Source of the DNA: Candidatus Omnitrophota bacterium
GTDB lineage: Bacteria; Omnitrophota; Gorgyraeia; Tantalellales; Tantalellaceae
DNA: 64,000 nucleotides
NCBI GenBank assembly: GCA_024277375.1
Contig: JAJRVD010000053.1
Span: 8,680-72,679, forward strand
Direction: 5' to 3'
Positions 36,325 through 45,325 of the stretch are shown in pieces. The notes beneath the pieces are model-generated. The model saw nothing but the letters and a program-made list of their open reading frames with translations, was not told the DNA's origin and did no database searches. Position 1 is the stretch's first letter, and the number at the start of each line of letters is the position of its first letter. Made by a program: the position numbers and the translations under genes.

Positions 36325-38214
36325 ATGATCATTGTGGATGATATAAGTTTTGTTAAGCGGAATATCGACGAGATCAAAAAGATCGTGGCTTATGAGGGTG
36401 GTCCGGTAGTTCCACTGTCGGACCCGGTGCTTCTGTTGTTAAGGTCGAAAGGTATAGAGTGTATGGATTATCATGATCTTGAGTCTGCCGGGATGTATGA
36501 AGACGTCTATGCTACCGCGCGGGATTGGGGTTTGCGGTGGTATAAGCCCGAAGGGACAGATCTATCCGAGTTCGGGACATATTCTCCGGGAGCTCTTCTT
36601 GAATGGTCCATGATATTTTTCTTTTCTCATGTCCTTAAGGTGTATCTTGTTCTATCTGAATTGATCAAAAGAGGTGACGCGAGAAAAATAGTATGTATAG
36701 CCGCCAACGATTTTGATCTAAAAAAGTGTTCGATCAAATTGCAGAACATTGACGCGGGACTTCTAGGGCATATTGTACGTGAGGTTAGCGGAGAGGCGCA
36801 ACAACCGGTCGAGTTTAAGCTTGTAAAATTACCGTATCCTAATGAACTTGAAGAACGGAAATTTCATTTTGTTAGATCGGCGGGAAACTATGTAAATCTT
36901 CTCGTATCGGGAGTTTGTTCGTTTTTTGAAAGGTTTTTTCGTGAAAACAGAAAAATACTCTTCTTAGAAGGAGCGCATCATTTTTTTGAGATAATGAAGT
37001 CCCCTTCGTTGAAAAAGATCAAAAAAGTTCATTTTGAAAAGAACGTTGGATTATCGTTGTTCCCGAAGATGTACTCAAATGGAATAAGGATAGTTACACA
37101 CGATAACAGAAAACCAAAAACACCTGAAAAAGGAAACTGTTTTAGCCCGGATAAAATTGACAACGTGCTTTCCGGGTTTTTTATGTACAGGGGCAAAGAT
37201 ATCTTTTCTTTGGTATCGCCCCGGCTAAAGTTTATGTTCGAGGATTATTTTCCCAATGTTGTTTTTTCGGATATTATCGCTGTTGAAAAGATGTTAAAGG
37301 CCGAGTCTCCCGACTTGATCGTGACGGAGAATGATACAACATATTTTGAGAAGATGCTGACAGTTATAGCGAAGAGGTTGTCTATCCGAACTGCCGTTGT
37401 TCAGCATGGCGCGACGTTATGCGAGGATGCCTGTGATAATAAGGGGATCATGGTCCATGACTTTTATCCTTTGACCGCGGACATGTTTTTCGCTTTTGGT
37501 AAGACTACCAAAGATTGGTTTACGAAGATGAAAGTCGATCCCGGAAGGGTAATAGTGACGGGAGGCGCGAGGTTCGACGAATATTACAGGGATAAAGTTT
37601 TAGTAAAGGATAAGCGTAATAAGGCCAGGAAGGTAGCGTTGATATTGCTTAGTGATATGTGGCTGAAAGAAGGAGTCGTTACTCATTATGCCGGGATGAC
37701 CATATTTCATAAGCATATACAGGAGTTCATGAAACTGGCAGAGAAAAATCCGGATATAGATTTTATAATAAGACCGCATGACAATACTCATTTGTGGAGT
37801 GAAGTGTTCAGAAAAGAACTTGGCGTGCTTAATAACATTACGATCTCGCGTGAGAGTGGGCTTAAAGATCTTTTTTCGCGGGTGGATATTGTGATCGGAT
37901 ATTGGTCAACCGCGCTTTTTGAGGCGTTGATCTATGATATTCCGGTCATAAGTCTGGATACGGGAGAATACTATAATCTGTTACCTTTATGGCGGTACGA
38001 GCTTTCTGAAAGGGTCGGGTCTTTCGAGGAATTGGAAAGCGCGCTACGGAAATTTATCCATAACAGAGTTGAAAGAGAGCTGTTTATAAAGGAAACATCC
38101 GAAAAATTGCACCTATTCAATTATGACAATGATGGCAGAGCGGCACAGAGGATAGCGGATGGACTTGGAGAAGTTATCTCGAAACCGAAACCATTGAAGA
38201 GGTGCGCGTTATGA
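36325..38214 (+). CDS. Hypothetical 629-aa protein; candidate nonulosonate/capsule glycosyltransferase (GT-B-like C-terminal half)
   Basis: No firm motif. C-terminal FIIRPHDNTH ... RVDIVIGYWSTALFEALIYDIPVISLD resembles GT-B / glycerophosphotransferase-like folds. Its position directly after the CMP-sugar synthetase is the main argument. Confidence 0.3.
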   Translation: MIIVDDISFVKRNIDEIKKIVAYEGGPVVPLSDPVLLLLRSKGIECMDYHDLESAGMYEDVYATARDWGLRWYKPEGTDLSEFGTYSPGALLEWSMIFFFSHVLKVYLVLSELIKRGDARKIVCIAANDFDLKKCSIKLQNIDAGLLGHIVREVSGEAQQPVEFKLVKLPYPNELEERKFHFVRSAGNYVNLLVSGVCSFFERFFRENRKILFLEGAHHFFEIMKSPSLKKIKKVHFEKNVGLSLFPKMYSNGIRIVTHDNRKPKTPEKGNCFSPDKIDNVLSGFFMYRGKDIFSLVSPRLKFMFEDYFPNVVFSDIIAVEKMLKAESPDLIVTENDTTYFEKMLTVIAKRLSIRTAVVQHGATLCEDACDNKGIMVHDFYPLTADMFFAFGKTTKDWFTKMKVDPGRVIVTGGARFDEYYRDKVLVKDKRNKARKVALILLSDMWLKEGVVTHYAGMTIFHKHIQEFMKLAEKNPDIDFIIRPHDNTHLWSEVFRKELGVLNNITISRESGLKDLFSRVDIVIGYWSTALFEALIYDIPVISLDTGEYYNLLPLWRYELSERVGSFEELESALRKFIHNRVERELFIKETSEKLHLFNYDNDGRAAQRIADGLGEVISKPKPLKRCAL

Positions 38215-39677
38215 GCGAACGTAAGAAAAATATAATTAAGGATGTGACTGCCTATGGAGTGGGTAGGTACATTGCTCAGTTCGTCGGTTTTTTTATAGCT
38301 GTTTTAATGAGAAATTTTCTCGGCCCGCTGCAAATGGGTATGTGGAGTTTGGTTAAGGTGGTTTTGAGTTATGCCATCTATAGCGAGGTAGGAATAACGC
38401 AGGCGGTATATTATAAGATCCCGCTTCATAACGGAAAAGGTGAACGCGACGAAGCGGAAAACATACAGAACGTGGTTTTTGCTTTTATGATACTCGCGAG
38501 TGTGCTTGCCAGTATTTTGATACTCGCGGCAGCTATCATTTTGAAGGACAAAATGCCGAGGGAGCTGTTTGTGGGGTTTCTGGTCTTTCCGGCGTTCTTT
38601 CTCGCGCAAAGGGTATATTCTTACCATGTAATGCTGTTGCGAGCGAACAAAAAGTTTTTTGTCTTAAGTAAAACGTATATATTCGATAGCCTGTTCAACG
38701 TTTTGCTCGTCCTTGTGGTAGTAGGCAAGTTCAGGTTGTATGGTCTGTACGCCGTAAGTGTTTTATTGCCGGTGCTTGATATCTGTTACATAAGGCGTAA
38801 CGTGAAATATAAGATCAAATGGAAGATCATGTGGGACAAGATCGGCGAGTACATAAAATTCGGGTTTCCCGTATTCGTGTCGGGCATATCAATGTTGATG
38901 CTGTATAGCGTCGACAGGATCATGATAGCGAAAATGATAGGGTTGGTTCCGTTAGGTTATTATTCTATCGCTGTCATGACCAGAACGTATACCGCGGAAC
39001 TTTCTGGAAGTTTCGCGGCGGTTCTGTCTCCTTATTTTATCGAAGACTATGGAAAAACGGGGGACATTTCAAAGACAGGAAAGGCGATAACGACGTATAC
39101 GGAGATCATCTCATGTGCTATGGCTATTATCCTCGGGCTTACATATTTGTCATTCCCCGTTTTTGTGCATTACGCTATGCCTAAGTTCTATCCCGGTGTT
39201 CCAGCTATGAAATTAATGCTTGTATGTACGTTTTTTGTGGTTATCGCGATGCAATTGAGGAATCTGTTGATAATGAAGGATAAGCAGACTACGTTGATGA
39301 AAATATCACTTTTTGCCATTGTGTTGAATGTTTGTGTTAACTATGCCGCTATAAGGTCCGGTTTCGGGATCGCGGGGGTCGCTGGAGCCAGTGTCATATC
39401 GGCATTTTCACTGTTTATACTTGTTGCCGCGAGCGCGATACATCATATCAAAGATGTAAAGCTCATGCCGTTTTTAACATATATAGCTATGCTGTTTATG
39501 TATTTTGTGTTGAGCATTTACGCTATTGAGAACATAGTATCTTTGGAAAATCTTATTTATGGGGCTCTGGCTAAGATATTATTGTTTTTGACGGTAGCGA
39601 TCGGTGCTGTTTATTATGTGAACAAGAGGACAGGTGTTATTAATATTGTGCTGGAAGCCATAAGGAAGAAAAAATGA
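38211..39677 (+). CDS. Wzx-like MOP-superfamily oligosaccharide flippase
   Basis: About 12 TM segments in the size range of polysaccharide biosynthesis proteins. ATGA overlap with the upstream gene. Confidence 0.6.
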   Translation: MSERKKNIIKDVTAYGVGRYIAQFVGFFIAVLMRNFLGPLQMGMWSLVKVVLSYAIYSEVGITQAVYYKIPLHNGKGERDEAENIQNVVFAFMILASVLASILILAAAIILKDKMPRELFVGFLVFPAFFLAQRVYSYHVMLLRANKKFFVLSKTYIFDSLFNVLLVLVVVGKFRLYGLYAVSVLLPVLDICYIRRNVKYKIKWKIMWDKIGEYIKFGFPVFVSGISMLMLYSVDRIMIAKMIGLVPLGYYSIAVMTRTYTAELSGSFAAVLSPYFIEDYGKTGDISKTGKAITTYTEIISCAMAIILGLTYLSFPVFVHYAMPKFYPGVPAMKLMLVCTFFVVIAMQLRNLLIMKDKQTTLMKISLFAIVLNVCVNYAAIRSGFGIAGVAGASVISAFSLFILVAASAIHHIKDVKLMPFLTYIAMLFMYFVLSIYAIENIVSLENLIYGALAKILLFLTVAIGAVYYVNKRTGVINIVLEAIRKKK

Positions 39678-41899
39678 CGGATGATCTACATTTTTTTAAA
39701 GATATACATATATCGAGGACTCAAAAAGGCGCGAGGTTCCTGAATATATTCGCAGACTTTCGTCGGGCGGCAAAAAATAACAGGGTACTGTTCTTTTTGT
39801 TTTTAAGCGCGACTGTTTTTACGTCAATAAGTACAGCGAAATTTCTGGGGGCTCTTTTGGGGACGGTGTTCTCTTTTTCTGATCAGATCATGATCTTTGA
39901 AGTTGTTTTGATGCTATTTTGCCTGGCCTGTTTAAAGGGGGCTGTAAAGATATCATCCAGGTTCAGGTGCAGGATGGATGTGAGCATAAGGGACAGTTGG
40001 TTTTTTCTGTTCGCGTTTAACGTGTATTTTGTTACTTTTTTGCCATTTTTTACGAATGCTCCTGTTCTAGGGTTTCTTGTTTCAAGCTTAGCTGTTGCTG
40101 GTACGTTTTCTGTGCTTTATGTCTTTTACGTTAAGAAAATAGCCGTCAAAAAACAACCGGATCTCGAAATACCCGGTACTGTCAAAGCGGATGATCCGGT
40201 GGACTTTATGGTTTCGGGATCGCATACGCGTGAAAAGGTACAGATAAACGGAGATACTCGAGACGCGTTCCTGATGGATATAGACGGAAAAATTAAAATG
40301 GAACTCCCCCCTGATGCAAAAAAAATAAAATTCGCGATTGGCGTAAGAGAATCGATAAAAAAACCAGCGTATAATGCTGTTATCATAAAGGTGTCAGAGC
40401 TGAACGTGGATGGTGAGGAAAATCTTATATATTCGAAATATTTGGAGACGTCACCCGATAATAATACGCGTTCATGGTCAGAAGTGTCTGCCGATCTTGT
40501 TGGGCAGGATCCGTCGAGATCGCGACATATCGTGGTGAAAGTGGAAGCTTCCGGCAATGGGGCTCCTCTGGACGGGGATGAGCGAAGATATTGTTTTTCC
40601 GGACCGCGTCTTTCGGGGAAAAGTAAACCCAGAAAGGTAATTCTTATTGTGGCTGACGCGGTGAGGTCGGATCATGTCGGGTGCTACGGATATGGTCGTC
40701 CGATAACACCGAATATCGATAGTTTGGCGAAGGACGGTGTCAGTTTTGATACGGCTTTTACTCAAGGGCAATTGACGCTTCCTTCATTCATGTCGATGTT
40801 GACGGGAATGTATCCGACATCGCACCACGTGTATCATAGTCAGCACTACAGTATGCTGGGTGAGGCCACCGCGACATTGCCGGAAATATTGCGCAAAAAC
40901 GGATTTGTGACCAGAAGCTATTTTACTCATAGAAGGTTGATGTCTCATTTTGGTTTCGCGAAAGGATTCGATTCGCATCTTTTCAGGCAGTATGATAAAG
41001 AGTGGAATATCGCTACCGCGGATGATGTAACAAATAAAGCTCTTGATATGTTGGAATTCCACAAAGATGATGATCTTTTCCAGATGATACACTTCTTTGA
41101 TACGCATCAGCCTTGTGACCCGCCGGCACCTTTTTCTGAGGTTTTCGACAAAACATATGGCAGGAAGATCATTAAAGACGTTCGGCATGAGTTGATGAAG
41201 GGTAAGAAAACAGGATTTGATGAAGCGGACCTTAATAACTTGATCGCGAGATATGATACTGAGATATCCCGCGTGGATATGAAAATAGGTATATTAATGG
41301 ATCGCTTGAAGAGGGAAGGGCATTATGAGGACGCGATGATCATAGTTACAGCCGATCATGGTATGTTGTTGAACGATCAAGGGAGTTTGACGGATATGAC
41401 CCTGTTCGACGAGATCGTGAAGGTACCTTTCATTGTTAAATTTCCTGAATCTGCCGAGGTGTCCAAAGGTGTCCCTGTTGAGGACAGTGTTATCGAGGCG
41501 AACATAGATATAATGCCTACGGTACTTGATGTATGTGGCATAGATGTGCCCCCAACCGTTCAGGGTAAAAGTGTTTTTCCTTTAGCGAAGGGGGAGGGAT
41601 CAATGAAGGAGTATGCTATTTCGGAATCATTATTTGATGATATTTATTCGGTATCGCTGAGGGATCAGCGATACCGGTACACTTTTAAGACAGAATTCGA
41701 CATATTGAAGTTCAATAACTATAGGGAGTCGCGTACGGAGGAACATGTTTTTAAAGCAGACGCGAGGATGCCAGAGTCGGATGTGGACCAAAACGAAAAA
41801 GCTACTTTTGTAAATAAGTACAAAACTGTGGTAGAACAGCATATAAAACAGAGTTTGGATATGAACAACAATAGTAAATGGAGGAAAGATGGATTTTAA
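39674..41899 (+). CDS. LtaS/phosphoglycerol- or phosphoethanolamine-transferase-like membrane enzyme (sulfatase fold, Thr nucleophile)
   Basis: Five N-terminal TM segments plus an extracytoplasmic sulfatase-fold domain: VILIVADAVRSDHVGCYGYG ... LTLPSFMSMLTG ... TADHG. Thr replaces the Cys/Ser formylglycine site. Confidence 0.6.
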   Translation: MTDDLHFFKDIHISRTQKGARFLNIFADFRRAAKNNRVLFFLFLSATVFTSISTAKFLGALLGTVFSFSDQIMIFEVVLMLFCLACLKGAVKISSRFRCRMDVSIRDSWFFLFAFNVYFVTFLPFFTNAPVLGFLVSSLAVAGTFSVLYVFYVKKIAVKKQPDLEIPGTVKADDPVDFMVSGSHTREKVQINGDTRDAFLMDIDGKIKMELPPDAKKIKFAIGVRESIKKPAYNAVIIKVSELNVDGEENLIYSKYLETSPDNNTRSWSEVSADLVGQDPSRSRHIVVKVEASGNGAPLDGDERRYCFSGPRLSGKSKPRKVILIVADAVRSDHVGCYGYGRPITPNIDSLAKDGVSFDTAFTQGQLTLPSFMSMLTGMYPTSHHVYHSQHYSMLGEATATLPEILRKNGFVTRSYFTHRRLMSHFGFAKGFDSHLFRQYDKEWNIATADDVTNKALDMLEFHKDDDLFQMIHFFDTHQPCDPPAPFSEVFDKTYGRKIIKDVRHELMKGKKTGFDEADLNNLIARYDTEISRVDMKIGILMDRLKREGHYEDAMIIVTADHGMLLNDQGSLTDMTLFDEIVKVPFIVKFPESAEVSKGVPVEDSVIEANIDIMPTVLDVCGIDVPPTVQGKSVFPLAKGEGSMKEYAISESLFDDIYSVSLRDQRYRYTFKTEFDILKFNNYRESRTEEHVFKADARMPESDVDQNEKATFVNKYKTVVEQHIKQSLDMNNNSKWRKDGF

Positions 41900-42878
41900 G
41901 ATCATAGTGACATTGGGACCCGCTATATTGAATGAAGAAAAACTCGCGGAGATAGCGCAGCATGGTTCTTGTCTGTTTAGGCTCAACGGAGCTCATACGG
42001 ACCCGGAAAATGTAGATAAAGTAGTCGAACTTGTCAGGGGAGTTCTGCCTGAAGCGAAATTCATGCTTGATCTGCCAGGTAATAAGGTCAGACTGAGTGG
42101 TTTGAGTGAGCCGTTGAGATTGGTCAAGGATGAGTATATCGATATCCATGAGTATCAGCTAAACTTTCCGGAATTCTATCGCTATATTAAACCGGGCGAG
42201 ATCGTTCTTGCTCATGATTCTATTTATCGACTGGAAGTCGTGGAAGTAAAAGGTAAGACCATCAGATTTCTTTCGCATTCTGACGGCATACTTTTAAGTC
42301 GAAAGGGTTTACATGTAAAAGGTGTGAGTGATAGTCTGCCGTTTTTGTTCGATAGGGACCTGGCATTGATCAAGAGCGCATGTGAATGTAAGCTGGACTA
42401 TTTAGCGCTTTCTTTTGTTCGGAACGCCGATGATATTCGTTTTGCCAAGGAGATGGTGAGCAAATATAACGCGGACGAGTGTGAACTCATCTCTAAAGTT
42501 GAAACATCCGCCGCTGTTGAAAATCTTGACGAAATTTTAACGGAGATAAACGCAATTTTGATAGATCGAGGCGATCTATCAGCTGACATAGGGATACATA
42601 ATCTTGCGTGTCATCAGGAAAATATAATAAGCGCTGCCAAAAAAGCGGGAAAAAAGATATATCTGGCGACACAATTCCTTAAAAATATGGAAAAACATCC
42701 GCTGCCGTTGATCGCTGAAACGTTGGACTTGCATAAGACACTGAAAGCGGGGATTAGCGGAATACAACTGTCCGAAGAAACAGCTGTGGGAGCGTATCCC
42801 GTCCAATGTGTCGAATATGTGTTTAAAACCCTTGAAGGGATCCGTAACGAGGTTATTCCGGCCGGAGATAAGATATGA
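41889..42878 (+). CDS. Pyruvate-kinase-like barrel-domain protein (A+B domains only; no C-terminal regulatory domain)
   Basis: KIIVTLGPA ... MLDLPGNKVRL ... LISKVETSAAVENLDEILTEINAILIDRGDLSADIG ... IQLSEETAVGAYP parallels PK motifs (TIGPAS / MLDTKGPEIR / ISKIEN ... ARGDLG ... LSGETAKG). Confidence 0.6.
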   Translation: MDFKIIVTLGPAILNEEKLAEIAQHGSCLFRLNGAHTDPENVDKVVELVRGVLPEAKFMLDLPGNKVRLSGLSEPLRLVKDEYIDIHEYQLNFPEFYRYIKPGEIVLAHDSIYRLEVVEVKGKTIRFLSHSDGILLSRKGLHVKGVSDSLPFLFDRDLALIKSACECKLDYLALSFVRNADDIRFAKEMVSKYNADECELISKVETSAAVENLDEILTEINAILIDRGDLSADIGIHNLACHQENIISAAKKAGKKIYLATQFLKNMEKHPLPLIAETLDLHKTLKAGISGIQLSEETAVGAYPVQCVEYVFKTLEGIRNEVIPAGDKI

Positions 42879-43627
42879 GATCCGTTAAAGAGCTGAGAGC
42901 TAAATGTCAGGCGGGCAAGGAAGGATCAGATACGTGGTACGGCCGTTGTTTTGCCAGAAAAATATCGATCTATTTTACGATCGCTTTTATCAAGCTGGGT
43001 ATAAGAGCTAATGTTGTAACCGGGATGTTCCTGCTAAGTGGTATTGTTGCCGCGTGTCTTTTTGCCATTGGCACAAAAGAGAGTATTTTAGCAGGCGCTC
43101 TGATGCTACAATTATGGTATATACTGGATCATTCTGACGGCGAGGTAGCCAGAAATAATAATGAAACATCTTTAACCGGGATTTACTATGATTATATTAT
43201 TCATTACATTGTTCATCCCATGGTATTTTTTGGAATCGGATTTGGTGTTTCTAGAGCAATAGGGAATGTGAACTATTTATTCCTTGGAGTTGCCGGAGCT
43301 TTCGCGATAATGCTTTTAAGTCTCGTTTCAGATCTTAAGGATATGGTTTTGTTTAGAGCTCACATAGCTTATTCCGGAGACGAGGGGGTCAAGGGCAGTG
43401 GTAAGGGCGAAAGGTCCTTTGGCAGAAAGATCTTTTCGGGTGGTCATCTGTTGTGTACCTTTCCGGTAATTATGAATCTGATAACTATTGCCGCTATTGT
43501 TGATTTTGTTTTCAATAAATACGTGATGTTGTATGTTTTAGCGTCTTACGCTGTTTTGATAAATATTGTTTGGATAATGAAGGTTATAGTTTTTATACTG
43601 GGAAAAAAAATGGATCACGAAGGATGA
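42875..43627 (+). CDS. CDP-alcohol phosphatidyltransferase family protein
   Basis: DHSDGEVAR ... G ... D ... D matches D-x2-DG-x2-AR-x8-G-x3-D-x3-D. Polytopic. Confidence 0.7.
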   Translation: MRSVKELRAKCQAGKEGSDTWYGRCFARKISIYFTIAFIKLGIRANVVTGMFLLSGIVAACLFAIGTKESILAGALMLQLWYILDHSDGEVARNNNETSLTGIYYDYIIHYIVHPMVFFGIGFGVSRAIGNVNYLFLGVAGAFAIMLLSLVSDLKDMVLFRAHIAYSGDEGVKGSGKGERSFGRKIFSGGHLLCTFPVIMNLITIAAIVDFVFNKYVMLYVLASYAVLINIVWIMKVIVFILGKKMDHEG

Positions 43628-44424
43628 TCCTTAGAAAAGGAGTTGATGTGAAGGCCATAATTATAGCGGCAGGTAGAGGCAAAAGGATGAAGCGTTTGAC
43701 GGATGATATCCCGAAATGTCTTCTGGATTTTAATGGCAGGAAGTTGTTGGATATTCAACTTGCCGCGTTGAGGCATAACGGGATAGAGGACATATCCATA
43801 GTAGTGGGGTATAAGAAAGAAAAGATCAAATATCCGGAATTGAAATATTATGTAAATGACAGGTATGAACACAATAATATTCTACATTCGTTATTATACG
43901 CGGAAAATGAGATGAATGACGGGTTTATAGCGAGTTATTCGGATATTATCTACGATAAAACCGTTATTAGAAAGCTATGTGAAAGTAAAGCTGATATATC
44001 GATCGTAGTTGATACCGATTGGAGGGGGTATTACGATGGAAGGGTTGGCCACCCTGTAGAAGAGGCCGAAAACGTTGTTTTTGATCCTGAAGGCCGGGTT
44101 CTTAACATAGGTAAGATATTGCCTGACAAGGATGCCGCGCATGGTGAATTTTTAGGCATATTTAAATGCACAAAAAAAGGTGCCCTTATATTTAAGGAGC
44201 ATTTTAACAGCTTAAAGGAAAAATTTGCTGGTAAAACTTTTCAAAGGGCAAAGGTGTTCGAAGAAGCGTATGTGACGGATATGGTACAGGATCTGGTCGA
44301 TTCCGGGATACCTGTACATTGTGTTAAGATCGAAGGCGGCTGGAAGGAAATTGATACCATCGATGATTATGAAAAAGCGGTAATTGATCTTTCAAAGGAA
44401 GAACAAAAGGCGCAGTTCGCATGA
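43624..44424 (+). CDS. LicC/PntC-like nucleotidyltransferase (phospho-alcohol or phosphonate cytidylyltransferase). Alternative GTG start 43648.
   Basis: KAIIIAAGRGKRM NTP-transferase G-loop. Size (~260 aa) and architecture resemble LicC. Confidence 0.6.
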   Translation: MILRKGVDVKAIIIAAGRGKRMKRLTDDIPKCLLDFNGRKLLDIQLAALRHNGIEDISIVVGYKKEKIKYPELKYYVNDRYEHNNILHSLLYAENEMNDGFIASYSDIIYDKTVIRKLCESKADISIVVDTDWRGYYDGRVGHPVEEAENVVFDPEGRVLNIGKILPDKDAAHGEFLGIFKCTKKGALIFKEHFNSLKEKFAGKTFQRAKVFEEAYVTDMVQDLVDSGIPVHCVKIEGGWKEIDTIDDYEKAVIDLSKEEQKAQFA

Positions 44425-45296
44425 TAACGAAGTTAAGCTTCATACTGATTATTGTCTCGGGCCTGATCCATCCTTTATGGAATATGCTTTTAAAAAGAAG
44501 CCGGGATAAGGTGATATTTTATTTGAATATACACCTCATTTTTACGGTACTGTTCAGCTTTGTTCTGTTCAAGTACCCGGTAAAGGATATAACGCTTTTA
44601 GGTTGGGGGTTTGTGCTTTTGTCGGCTTTTGCGCACTTTTTTTATCAGATGTTCTTGTGCCGTACGTATGAACTGGGGGATATGTCCTTGACGTATCCTA
44701 TTGTGAGATCTTCTCCGGTATTTGTTCTTTTAATGGGGGTAATGTTTTTAAGAGAAATGCCTTCGAAGACGGCTCTTTTAGGAGTTTGTATTGTTGTTCT
44801 CGGGGTTCATGTTATAAATCAGAAACAGTTATCCCTAGTTGGGCTTTTGTCGAGATGGGGCCATATGGATAAAAAGGTAATAGCGGTCGCGTGCCTGACA
44901 GCTATCGCGTCCGCGTGTTATTCGATAATTGATAAGAGGGGTGTTTTATTGATAGATCCCGTACTGTTCTTTTATCTCTTTTTTTCTGTTAGCGGTTTTA
45001 TGTTTTTGGGATATTTATTGACTCTTAAGGATCGAAGGAAAAAGTATTTTGAGATACTGCGAAAGGATAAGTTTAAGATCGTTCTGGCGGCTATTTTAGA
45101 GTTTTCGTCATATGTTTTAATACTGTACGCGTTCCGCATTTCAAAAGTCGCGTATGTAGTCGCGCTTCGGCAGATAAGTGTAGTGTTCGGGGTTTTATAT
45201 GGCAGTTTGTTCTTAAAGGAGAACTATGGTAGGGTAAGATTTGCGGGTGCGGTAACAATATTTATCGGAATATTTTTAATAACCGCGTTTGGATGA
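44421..45296 (+). CDS. EamA/DMT-family transporter (LicB-like)
   Basis: Ten predicted TM segments and two EamA-like halves. Confidence 0.6.
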   Translation: MITKLSFILIIVSGLIHPLWNMLLKRSRDKVIFYLNIHLIFTVLFSFVLFKYPVKDITLLGWGFVLLSAFAHFFYQMFLCRTYELGDMSLTYPIVRSSPVFVLLMGVMFLREMPSKTALLGVCIVVLGVHVINQKQLSLVGLLSRWGHMDKKVIAVACLTAIASACYSIIDKRGVLLIDPVLFFYLFFSVSGFMFLGYLLTLKDRRKKYFEILRKDKFKIVLAAILEFSSYVLILYAFRISKVAYVVALRQISVVFGVLYGSLFLKENYGRVRFAGAVTIFIGIFLITAFG

Positions 45297-45325
45297 TTGG
45301 ATAAAATAAAAGGGAGGAACTATCG

